64,000 nt of DNA, from assembly GCA_036782995.1 (NCBI GenBank), contig DAIPXZ010000001.1, positions 1-64,000 of the forward strand. The letters are read 5' to 3'. The position numbers and the translations under genes were made by a program. Of this stretch, positions 38,832 through 49,067 are shown in pieces. The notes below the pieces were generated by a model. The model saw only the letters and a program-made list of their open reading frames with translations, searched no databases and was not told the origin of the DNA. How positions within the stretch are numbered: the stretch's first letter is position 1; each line of letters opens with the position of its first letter. This DNA comes from Bacillota bacterium. Lineage in GTDB: Bacteria; Bacillota; Clostridia; Saccharofermentanales; Saccharofermentanaceae.

Positions 38832-41426
38832 ATGATAAATAACCGTGTTTTACACAAGAAAGACTACTTCTATATACTCATCATCGAATTGATTTTATGT
38901 ATGTTCCTTTTGACGTTGGCATGTCTGGGATACAAATTTGGCTCAACCATAGATTGGAATAACCAGCATTGGGCTATCCCCGATTATTTCCGAATGCTTT
39001 TTTACGATACACACGACCTTTTTCCGGATTTCGCCGCAAATCTCGGCGCCGGGCAAAATATATACTATCTATCCTATTATGGACTTTTTAGTCCGATCAT
39101 TCTGGTATCGTTTCTGTTCCCCAATGTGCCGATGGTCTTGTATATAATCGTTGTTAGCATTCTCTCTCTTTACGTCGATGTTGCTTTATTCTACTATTGG
39201 GTCAAGCCAAAATTTGGAGCGGATAATGCGTTTCTAGTAACATTTCTCTTCATCTTTTCGACGTCCCTGATTTTTCACAGCCACCGACATATCATGTTCG
39301 TCAATTACATGCCGTTTTTGCTTCTCGCCCTCATCGGTGTAGAACGCTTTCGAGCAACAAAGAGTCGGGTGCTCCTGATTATTTCTTCCCTATGTATCAT
39401 TCTCTCGAGCTACTTTTTCTCTGTCGGCGCGCTTATCGCTATAGTGCTCTATTTTTGGTATCTCGAAATCCGGGAATCGGATCGTTTCATGACGAAAGAA
39501 ATGATAAAGAAGCTTCTTTCATTCCTGATTGCGCCGATTATTGCGATATTTATGGCTGGCATCCTATTGTTACCGACAGCGTTCGTCTTACTGAACGGTC
39601 GCGATCCGAGTGCCGGCGGCAGCACGACCGCATGGCTCCCCCTTCTTTTCAAACCAATTCTGGGAAATATCGTATATAACCCTTATTCAATCGGAACAAT
39701 GGGATTTGGCGTCATCGCTGTCATCATCGGTCTCCTTTCAAGGAAAAAGCACGTCTTTATGTTATCCGTATGCTTTTCACTCTTCTTCTGCTGTCCGATA
39801 TTCATTTACCTGTTGAACGGTACACTCTATCTCGATGCAAAAGTGTTGATTCCGTTTCTACCGATATTTATGTTGATTGTTGGTAACGCAATCGATAGCA
39901 TATTCCAAAAGAAAGTGTCACGTCTTTCTTTATTAATTGCCAGTCTCGCTTGCACTTGCTTATTCGGAACGTCCTGTCTTTTCGGCCAAGACATGAATTA
40001 TTACACCATCATCATGGTTTCTTTTCCAATCGATGTAATCATGATTCTCGCAGGTATTGCATTATATAACCGTATTGGAAAACGTCGGACACTCGTCATT
40101 CCATTGATTTCCTTTTGCTTGATTGCTTGTATATCCATCAATGCAAAAGAAAAATACGTACCAATGGTCTCGGAATATACTGATTATGATTCAACCATCA
40201 ATGATTATATCAATCAAACACTGAAAGACGATTCTTCTTTCTATCGCTTCGGCTCTATTATTAAGACACACGACACCGTAAATTTCGCCTATAACACCGA
40301 GATGTATCGTACGACCATCTATTCGTCGCTTCACAACCGTTATTTAAGCGACTTCTATTTCGATGAGCTCTATAACGAAAACCAATATCGGAATGCCGCC
40401 CTGATGACTGAATCACGTAATTATCTTTATAACATGTATATGGGGCAAAAATACTTGGTCGGGGTCGCAGGAAAGAAGATACCCGGGTACTCCGCCGTGA
40501 CAACTATTGGTTCGACAAGCCTTTTCATGACCAACTACGCCTTTCCTGTCGGATATGCCAGCGATAAAATCATGAGTGAAGCCGAGTTCAACACTCTAGA
40601 ATACCCTTATGACATCGAGGCATTGATGGAATACACCATTGTCGACACGCCCTATTTTGACAGCGGATTCTCATCGGAAATCACTGCAATGACACTGTCT
40701 TCGGTCCCGGAATTAGTCGAACAATTACCTGTTAAGAAGCTGTCAGAAGATGATTATGTTGTCTCATCTGAAACAAGTATCCGCTTTAATTATGACTTGC
40801 CGGAGCCGTTGACTCAAAGCGTCGTGCTCCTTCGTTTCAACGTAAACAACGTCATCAACGAAGGAAAATCACCGACCGTCAAGATTTCCATCAATGGCAC
40901 CACCAACAAATTAACAAACGCCGACGGAAAATATTTCAACGGAAACAACAGCTTCGAGTACGTCTTTATTGCCGGTAAAACACCTATGAAGAACTTCCGA
41001 ATTCGCGTATCCGAAGGTGCCTACCAAATTTCCGATATTCAAGTTTATGTCATGCCACTTGCAAATATTCGGGAAATATCAAACGACCTGGATGCCTATA
41101 ACATCGACCGCGAGACCACACAAGGCAACATTTATTCCGGCACGATTGATGTTACGAAGGATGGATATTTCGTCATGTCTGTCCCCTATGACGAGGGATT
41201 CGATATCATCATTGACGGTCAATCCGTCCCTGTCGAAAGAGTCGATAAAGATTTCATCGGCGCAAAAATCGAGGCAGGACACCACACCATACGTATCGAA
41301 TTCCATGCGCCTCTCAAACGGGAAGGCACCATCCTTTCCGCCATCGGGACGTCCATGTTTCTCGTAGTGATTGGATGTGAAATTGCTCGCTCCCTACGTC
41401 GGGAACGAGCAATCAAAAAGAAATAA
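38832..41426 (+). CDS. YfhO-family polytopic membrane glycosyltransferase (GT-C-like) with large C-terminal extracytoplasmic domain
   Basis: 864 aa. The N-terminal ~480 aa has >12 TM helices with YfhO-like features, followed by a ~380-aa soluble domain. The start is 4 nt after the PIG-L stop. Confidence 0.8.
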   Translation: MINNRVLHKKDYFYILIIELILCMFLLTLACLGYKFGSTIDWNNQHWAIPDYFRMLFYDTHDLFPDFAANLGAGQNIYYLSYYGLFSPIILVSFLFPNVPMVLYIIVVSILSLYVDVALFYYWVKPKFGADNAFLVTFLFIFSTSLIFHSHRHIMFVNYMPFLLLALIGVERFRATKSRVLLIISSLCIILSSYFFSVGALIAIVLYFWYLEIRESDRFMTKEMIKKLLSFLIAPIIAIFMAGILLLPTAFVLLNGRDPSAGGSTTAWLPLLFKPILGNIVYNPYSIGTMGFGVIAVIIGLLSRKKHVFMLSVCFSLFFCCPIFIYLLNGTLYLDAKVLIPFLPIFMLIVGNAIDSIFQKKVSRLSLLIASLACTCLFGTSCLFGQDMNYYTIIMVSFPIDVIMILAGIALYNRIGKRRTLVIPLISFCLIACISINAKEKYVPMVSEYTDYDSTINDYINQTLKDDSSFYRFGSIIKTHDTVNFAYNTEMYRTTIYSSLHNRYLSDFYFDELYNENQYRNAALMTESRNYLYNMYMGQKYLVGVAGKKIPGYSAVTTIGSTSLFMTNYAFPVGYASDKIMSEAEFNTLEYPYDIEALMEYTIVDTPYFDSGFSSEITAMTLSSVPELVEQLPVKKLSEDDYVVSSETSIRFNYDLPEPLTQSVVLLRFNVNNVINEGKSPTVKISINGTTNKLTNADGKYFNGNNSFEYVFIAGKTPMKNFRIRVSEGAYQISDIQVYVMPLANIREISNDLDAYNIDRETTQGNIYSGTIDVTKDGYFVMSVPYDEGFDIIIDGQSVPVERVDKDFIGAKIEAGHHTIRIEFHAPLKREGTILSAIGTSMFLVVIGCEIARSLRRERAIKKK

Positions 41427-41450
41427 AACCAAATTTTTGTTTTTTCAGAA

Positions 41451-42509
41451 TCAGGCAACCTGATGTACATATTCCTCACTGGTTGCGATGACCTCACAAT
41501 TGTTCACGTAATCCAATATCTCAATGCTAAAAGATATGGTTTCCAGATCTTCCTGTTCAATCCCGAGAGCTTCCAGACTGTCCGCCATGACAAACAAGTA
41601 CGTGTAGCCATTTGTACCACCCAAAATCGTTTGCGCGTAGACGCTAAAATCATCATTTCCGTTTATTTTGACACTGTCACAATATGTCATGAAAATATCA
41701 TCACTATCGTTCATGCAGTAAATTTCGATACAATATAGATCCTGACTCCATTCGCCTTCACCAACAATTACTGAGAATCCATTTTCATCGTAGATTGTAG
41801 TTCCAATGGCCGAAAAACTATAATCCTTATCATCATAACCATCTGTAATAACGGAAGCTGTCTCATTCCCAATCAAGCCGTATGAATACGCATCTAAGAC
41901 TTCGATATACAACAATACTTCTCCGACTGTATTAATACTTGTGATGTCATTATCCTCTATTGATAAGTAAACATAATCCTGTACGGTTTCACCCGCAGGA
42001 ACCGTAACGTTGGATTCGTTCGTCGTCATTATGCCGTTTGCTGCGACGCCTGCTATATCGAAGACGATATCAGTATCACTTTGATTCGTTACTTCATAAT
42101 CAAGAACATCCATCCCATATGCCGATTCTGCTGTTGTATAGGAAAGAGCCGTGGCTGTCACTCCATCTGCGTCATAAATCACTTGTTCTTCGATATTCAC
42201 AGGTGTGCGTGGTTCACGCATTACAAATTCATCATCTTCACGCGGAATCGATGTCGTCGGGTCATCCGTCTCTTCCGGTACTATTGATTTTTCCGGTGTT
42301 TCTGGTTCTGTTGGTTCTTGATTTCTGTTCTCTTCGGACTCTTCGTCCTCGTCGTCTTCGTCATCTTCCTCAGCGTTGTCACGATCACTGGTTTTCTCGT
42401 CAGAATCCTCATCCTTGGAATAACTATTCGATTTACAGGCAACACTCATTGCTGCAATCATGGATATGCAAATTACTACACATAATCCCTTTAAAAGATA
42501 CTTTTTCAT
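41451..42509 (-). CDS. lipoprotein with acidic linker, unknown function
   Basis: Signal peptide plus lipobox (MSVAC). A D/E-rich linker (EEDDEDDEDEESEE) precedes a ~250-aa beta-rich domain. Confidence 0.7.
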   Translation of the reverse strand: MKKYLLKGLCVVICISMIAAMSVACKSNSYSKDEDSDEKTSDRDNAEEDDEDDEDEESEENRNQEPTEPETPEKSIVPEETDDPTTSIPREDDEFVMREPRTPVNIEEQVIYDADGVTATALSYTTAESAYGMDVLDYEVTNQSDTDIVFDIAGVAANGIMTTNESNVTVPAGETVQDYVYLSIEDNDITSINTVGEVLLYIEVLDAYSYGLIGNETASVITDGYDDKDYSFSAIGTTIYDENGFSVIVGEGEWSQDLYCIEIYCMNDSDDIFMTYCDSVKINGNDDFSVYAQTILGGTNGYTYLFVMADSLEALGIEQEDLETISFSIEILDYVNNCEVIATSEEYVHQVA

Positions 42510-42684
42510 TTTTGTTTCCTCCGTTCAGGTATACATTTATTTCGTAACCCCATACGCATCATAGCAAAAGATTTATGAATGCTCTGTAAACGCCACATAT
42601 GCGAGGTATTTCATTTGTGAACAAATAATAAAGGCATCGGTACACTTCGTACCGATGCCCTTCACAACCAAGGAAAAAATATCA

Positions 42685-43665
42685 TTAATTTTTCACGGTC
42701 ATATATTCTGCGCAAAAATTAGCGATTTCAATAACCACAGATTCCATGTAGGTGCGGTTGAGAGGATAATCCTCAGGCAAATTACTCGCATAAGACAAAA
42801 TCACCAATGTCACTGTATAGATTCCGACTGAAGAAAAATGCGTTCCACCACGCCTAAAGTACGGGCTGGCCGAGAGAAGAGCTTCCGTCTCTGCGCACTT
42901 ATCGATAATCGCTTCCGGCGTATCTGGCAGTAATGTCATGAACGCAAGTAAGTAATTCATATAGCTAAAGGATTTCACGCAATTCTTCTTTTGCATTTCT
43001 GAAATGAGTGCGAGGTAGAAATCACAAGCCTCCTGCGGTGTGCGATTTGGTAAAAGCGACAGCATGCAGCATGTCTCCTTCAATGAAATAGAAGGCATGA
43101 ATCGCGTTTTCAAAATCTCATAGCACATATCCATACGGTCCGCACATTGATTTGTTATAGACATATCAGAAAAGTAAAGCATTGCTGCTAAAAACGGATC
43201 TTCAAGATAGGCTAGGAAGCGGTGGTTCTTATTTATGGTGGAAATCATCTTAATAATCTCTTTCGCCGTCGCTTCATATTGGTTCTGCTCAGTAAAAATT
43301 GTCATCAAACGTGCTGCTCTTGCATTACGCATTTTCTTTCCCAGTGCATCAGAAAGATATGTTTCCGCTAAAAACATCAACGCCAGCTGCTCAACTGGTT
43401 CCGACGATTGTGCCGCCAAAGCTATCGTCGACAGACCTGAATACTGTCTGAAAGGTGAGCCCCACGTAGAGCGACGCTTTAATTCCTTCTTTAACATCTT
43501 CAGACGTTCTGTATCGATATGACCACGTCCACCTAAAAACTGCAGAGCACACACTGGAATAGCGTAATCTTTCTTTTTAGCAATACCGTATAATTCCGGA
43601 ATGCGAGTGATGAATTCTTCGACCTTATTCTCAATTTCTGTTCTCATTTGAATGCCCTTTTTCAC
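42685..43665 (-). CDS. hypothetical cytoplasmic protein (DUF-type, helical)
   Basis: 326-aa ORF with no recognisable catalytic motifs. The start is ambiguous (GTG at 43665 or ATG MRTEIENK). Confidence 0.5.
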   Translation of the reverse strand: MKKGIQMRTEIENKVEEFITRIPELYGIAKKKDYAIPVCALQFLGGRGHIDTERLKMLKKELKRRSTWGSPFRQYSGLSTIALAAQSSEPVEQLALMFLAETYLSDALGKKMRNARAARLMTIFTEQNQYEATAKEIIKMISTINKNHRFLAYLEDPFLAAMLYFSDMSITNQCADRMDMCYEILKTRFMPSISLKETCCMLSLLPNRTPQEACDFYLALISEMQKKNCVKSFSYMNYLLAFMTLLPDTPEAIIDKCAETEALLSASPYFRRGGTHFSSVGIYTVTLVILSYASNLPEDYPLNRTYMESVVIEIANFCAEYMTVKN

Positions 43666-43912
43666 CTATATTCTGTATTACTATTCTTAATTCCGTGGTT
43701 TCTTTCGCCTTGGGTTTTGCGCAGGCTGTAAAAGCACAGTCAGCAATTATCACACCAAAAGCAAAGTTACTATTCTTTTCAAGATTGCACCTTCATAATT
43801 CGAAATGACTATACATGTTGTAAAAGATTTTTGCAAGATGATAGCCATATCCTATTTTGTGAATTTAGTTTACAATCTAACTTAAGCTATACCAAAGGAG
43901 GATTACGTCGTC

Positions 43913-45094
43913 ATGTCTGTTTTGATTGATAAGGGCATGCTCGTCATATGTTGCGTCGCGGTTCTTTTCTCCAGCGACATAAATCCTTACTGCGTGATTT
44001 ATTTATTGATCGCATTTGCGCTTTCTTTAGCAGTTACATATATATCCTCGCGGACATTCACAGTTGCCGTATCTATTGCTTACGGCATTCTCTCTCTCTT
44101 CTTTCCGCCGCTTTGCTGTTTTTTCCCTCTATTCCTATATGATTTGATTGTCGTGAAATCGCCGTGGCCGAGTTTGCTTTTTCTTTTTTCGCTGGTCAAT
44201 GCAACTTGGTTAATAGACGACTTGTCTTTACTTCATTTATTCCTCGTGTGCGGATTATGTGGTGTGGCTGGTCTTTTGTCCGTTCGCACTACGGAGGCTC
44301 GCCGAAAAACCACAGAATTGAATTCTTTGCGTGATGGCCTCACATCCGAGCAACGAACGCTAAAAAAAGCGAATCACGAACTTATGGATAAGCAAGATTA
44401 CGAAGTGCATGTCGCCATATTAGGCGAGCGCAATCGTATTTCCCGTGAGTTACATGACAGTATCGGTCACGTGCTTACTCGTTCAATTCTCCAAGCCGGA
44501 GCACTCTCTGCTGTGGCAAACCGTCTTTCTCACGAAGAGAGTTCAGAAAAAGAGACCGCAAACAATACCGAAGAGCTTTCCGAGAAAGCCCAGAATGTGC
44601 AAGCCTTGCAGGATGGCATCACCGCCTTACAAGCATCTCTTTCAGACGGTATGACACAGATTCGAGAGAGCATACACAATTTACATGAGGACTCCATGGA
44701 TATGAAAACCGAGCTTGAAGCCGTCCTTCGTGGATTTACGCAATGTCCGGTCGAGCTCACTGTCGCCACAACGACTTTGCCGCCGAAAAATATTCGTTTC
44801 GCCATGATATCCATTGTTAAAGAATGCATGTCCAATGTAACCAAACATGCCCCCGACGCGACACAGGTCACAGTCACTTTACGTGAGCATCCGGTTATGT
44901 GGCAATTGATTATTGAAGATAATGGAGAAGCCGTACGCGGTAAAGATCTCCAATCGTTACTAATTTCGCAATCTGCCGGTATCGGAATCACGAGTATTCG
45001 TGCGCGTGTGGAAGAATTACATGGTCGTTCTGCCATCTCGACAGAAGACGGCTTCTGTCTTCACATCACTTTCCCCAAGGAGGACAACAAATGA
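43913..45094 (+). CDS. sensor histidine kinase, HisKA_3 type (LiaS/DesK-like) with ~6-TM sensing domain
   Basis: It has an AAAGGAGGA RBS, N-terminal polytopic membrane region, the H-box LGERNRISRELHDSIGHVLT, and a HATPase_c domain (GIGITSI). Confidence 0.85.
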   Translation: MSVLIDKGMLVICCVAVLFSSDINPYCVIYLLIAFALSLAVTYISSRTFTVAVSIAYGILSLFFPPLCCFFPLFLYDLIVVKSPWPSLLFLFSLVNATWLIDDLSLLHLFLVCGLCGVAGLLSVRTTEARRKTTELNSLRDGLTSEQRTLKKANHELMDKQDYEVHVAILGERNRISRELHDSIGHVLTRSILQAGALSAVANRLSHEESSEKETANNTEELSEKAQNVQALQDGITALQASLSDGMTQIRESIHNLHEDSMDMKTELEAVLRGFTQCPVELTVATTTLPPKNIRFAMISIVKECMSNVTKHAPDATQVTVTLREHPVMWQLIIEDNGEAVRGKDLQSLLISQSAGIGITSIRARVEELHGRSAISTEDGFCLHITFPKEDNK

Positions 45095-45774
45095 AAACAC
45101 GCTTAATCATTATCGATGATGATCGTTTTATCGTATCCGCACTTACGACCATACTCTCCGCCGACACGGCCATCGAGGTCGTTGCAACCGGCAATGATGG
45201 AAGCGAGGCGTTAACGCTCTGGCGGGCTCATCAACCAGACGTATTACTCATGGATATCCGTATGCCGGGAACAGATGGATTACAAGGCGCAGCCGAGGTG
45301 ATTACAGCATTTCCGGAAGCGAAAATTCTTTTCCTCACGACCTTCTCAGACGATGAATATATCGTTAAAGCATTACGCATCGGTGCACGTGGCTATTTAC
45401 TCAAAGAGAAGTTCGAATCCATTGCCCCCGCGATTTCCGCGGTGCGTGCGGGACAAAGCGTTTTCGGCGAAGAGATTATCTCCCGTATCACCTTCCCTGT
45501 CACCTCACTTTACGATGATCAGCCGGAAAAAGGCGGTGACGTCGCCACAGTTGGATCAAAATCCATTCCGACTGATGACCCTCTTTATGCATGTCTCACG
45601 CCGAGAGAAGTGAACATTTTGGAAGCAATCAGCGCCGGATTAAGCAATAAAGAGATTGCCGAGCAACTGTTCTTAAGTGAAGGAACCGTACGTAACAGTA
45701 TCACATCCATGCTCGACAAACTCGAGCTCAAAAGCCGAACGCAGCTTGCCATTTACTATCTGAAACGACAATAA
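45091..45774 (+). CDS. NarL/LuxR-family response regulator
   Basis: The receiver domain is IIDDDRFIVSAL...LLMDIRMPGTDG. The C-terminal LuxR HTH is LTPREVNILEAISAGLSNKEIAEQLFLSEGTVRNSI. The start overlaps the HK stop (ATGA). Confidence 0.9.
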   Translation: MKTRLIIIDDDRFIVSALTTILSADTAIEVVATGNDGSEALTLWRAHQPDVLLMDIRMPGTDGLQGAAEVITAFPEAKILFLTTFSDDEYIVKALRIGARGYLLKEKFESIAPAISAVRAGQSVFGEEIISRITFPVTSLYDDQPEKGGDVATVGSKSIPTDDPLYACLTPREVNILEAISAGLSNKEIAEQLFLSEGTVRNSITSMLDKLELKSRTQLAIYYLKRQ

Positions 45775-45825
45775 GGCTTTCCAGATTAGTTGTGTTACGG
45801 CACACTGAACAAGCGAAAATATTCG

Positions 45826-47289
45826 TTAATCCATTACGGAATCAATGGCTTTTTTTATCTTCTTTATCTGTCTGCGGCCGAAAAACTTCATGTAATTGTA
45901 CGCTTTTCGTGTCCTGCCCTTCACATCGTTACGGAGCTCCGCCCCTTTAGAACGTAAATTAAGAACGTCGATGGCATCGAAAATATCTTCCGTCTCCGGT
46001 GAAATAAAGGCGTTATCCGATTCCGGACGACGCATGACCAATTTCGTGTAGCGTAATTTTCGTGGCTTAGGAATCTGACGCAAAGTGACTTTTCTCGATT
46101 CTTTTTCCAGAATATACCGGTCAATTGCACTCTTGTATGCATCTTCAACGCGCGATGCAAAGGTTTCCGACGAGAATGTTGCAACCGATTCCTTAGCATG
46201 TTCGCGATATCGCTTCAATGCATCTTCGTCGCTGAATAATTCTTCCATAATGGATGGAATGTCAGCTTCGTCGTCGAATAATCGCGAATTCTCTCCGTCA
46301 TGGAAAAGGACGTTTCCTGCGTCGTCGCGGCGAGCAACTACAGGTAGTCCCGCTGCCATTGCTTCATAATATGTGAGCCCCTGAGTCTCTGATGTGGAGC
46401 AAGAGATAAAAACATCTCCGAGCTGATAGTACTTACCTATCTCGGAATAAGGCGCCGAGCCCGCGAAAATGACATACGGAGTCGCATGCACGCTTGCAGC
46501 CAATTCTTTCAGTTCTTGAAGAGCCGGGCCATCACCAATGATGAGGAGGCGAGCTTCCGGAATCTTCTCCACAACAAACGGCATCTCTTCGACGATCATG
46601 TCTATGCTTTTCTCTTTCGCTATACGACCTAGGCTCAAGATGACCTTGTGCGAAGGTAACAGTCCATACTTACTTCGAAGAGTCGTAATCTCCGCATCTG
46701 CATACTTTTCACGTCGGAATGGCGAAAGATCTATTCCTGAAGGAATGACAAAAATCGGCTTCTGAACGCCATACGATTCGAGTGAATTCTTGACCTTTTC
46801 AGTCGGTACAATCAGCGCCGTAGGCAAATTACAGAATCGGCGGCTATACCACTCCGCCATTTCCGGTGTAATAATCTTCGTTACCTTGCCATTAAGAATG
46901 TAATGCGTATAATCAGCAAGCATCGTGTGATAGGTGTGAATAATCGGGAGATGCAATGTCGTCGCCGAAGAAAGTCCGACGAAGCCCATGGAAAACTCCG
47001 TCTGCGTGTGAATAATATCAATTCTCAATCGCTTTAATATCTGCATTAAACGTACCGAATATGGCATTGTCGTTCGATAAGGGCGAACCAATACCATCGG
47101 AATTGACGGAATGCGATAGACTGCCGGATTCTTGTTAACTTTCCGAATCGCGGTAGAAGATTTTTCCGATGTTGCAAAAATATAGACGCGGTGACCGCGT
47201 TTTTGCAAGGCCATCGCCAAAGTGTAAATCGATGATGTGACACCATTAATATCGGGGAAATAAGTATCTGTGATGATTGCGATATTCAT
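45826..47289 (-). CDS. GT4-family glycosyltransferase (glycolipid-synthase-like) with ~100-aa basic C-terminal extension
   Basis: The N-terminal sequence IAIITDTYFPDINGVTSSI and the EX7E-type C-terminal Rossmann domain are present. The extra C-terminal tail is rich in R/K. Confidence 0.8.
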   Translation of the reverse strand: MNIAIITDTYFPDINGVTSSIYTLAMALQKRGHRVYIFATSEKSSTAIRKVNKNPAVYRIPSIPMVLVRPYRTTMPYSVRLMQILKRLRIDIIHTQTEFSMGFVGLSSATTLHLPIIHTYHTMLADYTHYILNGKVTKIITPEMAEWYSRRFCNLPTALIVPTEKVKNSLESYGVQKPIFVIPSGIDLSPFRREKYADAEITTLRSKYGLLPSHKVILSLGRIAKEKSIDMIVEEMPFVVEKIPEARLLIIGDGPALQELKELAASVHATPYVIFAGSAPYSEIGKYYQLGDVFISCSTSETQGLTYYEAMAAGLPVVARRDDAGNVLFHDGENSRLFDDEADIPSIMEELFSDEDALKRYREHAKESVATFSSETFASRVEDAYKSAIDRYILEKESRKVTLRQIPKPRKLRYTKLVMRRPESDNAFISPETEDIFDAIDVLNLRSKGAELRNDVKGRTRKAYNYMKFFGRRQIKKIKKAIDSVMD

Positions 47290-47467
47290 TCGCTAAACCT
47301 CCTTCAATTCATCCCCTTTCCAAGCTTCCTGTATTATACCATGATGCTCCAATAAAAAGTGATTATCCTGTCACTTTGTTATTCTTGCCTATGATTGTAT
47401 GGCAAATAAAAGAACGACTTAAATCTGATAGAAAAGACAGTTTTCTGCTATTCGCTATTTTTATCAT

Positions 47468-47495
47468 TTGTTATACTGCTTGTATAAGATACAAT
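47468..47495 (+). promoter_or_regulatory. sigma-A-type promoter for GH1 gene (-35 TTGTTA, 16-nt spacer, -10 TACAAT)
   Basis: Seen at 47468-47473 and 47490-47495. An AGGAGGA RBS lies at 47511-47517 and the ATG at 47525. Confidence 0.4.
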
Positions 47496-47524
47496 CTATT
47501 TCTCATTGTTAGGAGGATAAGCGA

Positions 47525-48889
47525 ATGCCTTTTTCAAAGAATTTTATGTGGGGCGTTGCCTCTGCCGCATTTCAGCTCGAGGGAGCCTGGAATGAAGATG
47601 GTAAGGGGGCTTCGATCTGGGACACCTATCCACATGGCTATGACAACGTCGTAAAGTATAACGAGACAGCCGATGTCGCATGTGACCACTATCATCACAT
47701 GAAAGAAGATGTCGCCTTGTTGAAAGAAATGGGCGTGAAGAATTATCGATTCTCCATTTCCTGGCCGAGAATTTTGCCAAACGGCACAGGCGAGGTGAAT
47801 CCGAAGGGAATCGCATTCTACTCCGACTTAATTGACGAATTACTGAAAAACGACATTCAGCCGCTTGTTACGATTTTTCATTGGGATTTTCCACAAGCAC
47901 TTTACGATCGCGGTGGCTGGCTGAATCCCGATGTCGCAGAATGGTTTTCCGAATACACACGTGTTCTGGTTGATGCATTTTCCGATCGAGTCACTTATTG
48001 GATGACGATTAACGAACCGCAAATATTTGTCGGATCGGGTTACAAGATGGGGATGCATGCCCCATTCCTAAAGCTTCACGATCGAGATGTCGGAATCATT
48101 TCCAAAAACGTTTTGTTGGCACACGGTCGAGCTGTCCAAACGATTCGCGCATTTGCAAAGAAGAAACCGATGGTTTCTTTCGCGATAACCGGTCCGACAT
48201 TCGAACCGCTTTCCAATTCTCCCGAAGATATCGAGAGTGCACGCGAAATGTCTTTTGCGCTTCGTAAAGAGAATTACACTTTATCGAATTCATGGTGGGC
48301 CGATCCGATGATCCTCGGACATTTCCCACAGCAAGCATATGATGAGCTCGGCGATGCTATGCCGGTCATCTCCGCCGACGAATGGAAGATAATTACGGCT
48401 CCATTGGATTTTTACGGCACAAATATCTATAACCGCATCCCCCGTTTCGATAATGCCGGTTTTCATAACAAAGGCTTCGAGGGATTTGCGCGCACGGCAA
48501 ACCGTTGGGAAGTCACCCCGGATGTTCTCTATTGGTCGCCGAAGTTCCTTTATGAGCGCTATCACCTACCGATAATGATTACTGAGAACGGAATGGCAAA
48601 TTGCGATTGGGTACACTTGGACGGTACGGTCCCGGATGATGCAAGAATCGATTATACCACTCGTTATCTTCGTTCCTTTCATCGTGCTGAAGAAGAGGGA
48701 ATTCCACTTGTCGGATATATGCACTGGTCCTTTATGGATAATTTTGAATGGGCAGAGGGATACGATATGCGTTTCGGTCTTGTCCATGTTGATTATCAAA
48801 CACAAAAGCGCACGCTGAAAAAATCTGCCTATTGGTATAAGGATGTCATGGCGACGAACGGCGATCGTGCATTACTACATGATAACTAA
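47525..48889 (+). CDS. GH1 beta-glucosidase / 6-phospho-beta-glucosidase
   Basis: It has the GH1 N-terminal signature FMWGVASAAFQLEGAW, the acid/base motif TINEP, and the nucleophile motif ITENGMA. Confidence 0.9.
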   Translation: MPFSKNFMWGVASAAFQLEGAWNEDGKGASIWDTYPHGYDNVVKYNETADVACDHYHHMKEDVALLKEMGVKNYRFSISWPRILPNGTGEVNPKGIAFYSDLIDELLKNDIQPLVTIFHWDFPQALYDRGGWLNPDVAEWFSEYTRVLVDAFSDRVTYWMTINEPQIFVGSGYKMGMHAPFLKLHDRDVGIISKNVLLAHGRAVQTIRAFAKKKPMVSFAITGPTFEPLSNSPEDIESAREMSFALRKENYTLSNSWWADPMILGHFPQQAYDELGDAMPVISADEWKIITAPLDFYGTNIYNRIPRFDNAGFHNKGFEGFARTANRWEVTPDVLYWSPKFLYERYHLPIMITENGMANCDWVHLDGTVPDDARIDYTTRYLRSFHRAEEEGIPLVGYMHWSFMDNFEWAEGYDMRFGLVHVDYQTQKRTLKKSAYWYKDVMATNGDRALLHDN

Positions 48890-48965
48890 GTTCTTCCATT
48901 CATACTGGCTATCGTTTACGTGACATTCTAGGACGATTATGTTGCCTATAATGCAGTAAATAAAG

Positions 48966-49058
48966 AGCAAAAGCATGAGAACCTTAGGTTAGCTTCTCCT
49001 CCAAGAGAATCGCCTGCTTCCTGGGTTCACGTGCTTTTGCTTTATTCTTTGCTTTTTT
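48966..49058 (+). terminator. candidate terminator (long imperfect stem, T-rich tail) between convergent GH1 and PPK2 genes
   Basis: agcaaaagcatgagaacc pairs with ggttcacgtgcttttgct (16 of 18 positions) across a 39-nt loop, followed by ttattctttgctttttta. Confidence 0.3.
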
Positions 49059-49067
49059 ATGTAAATG

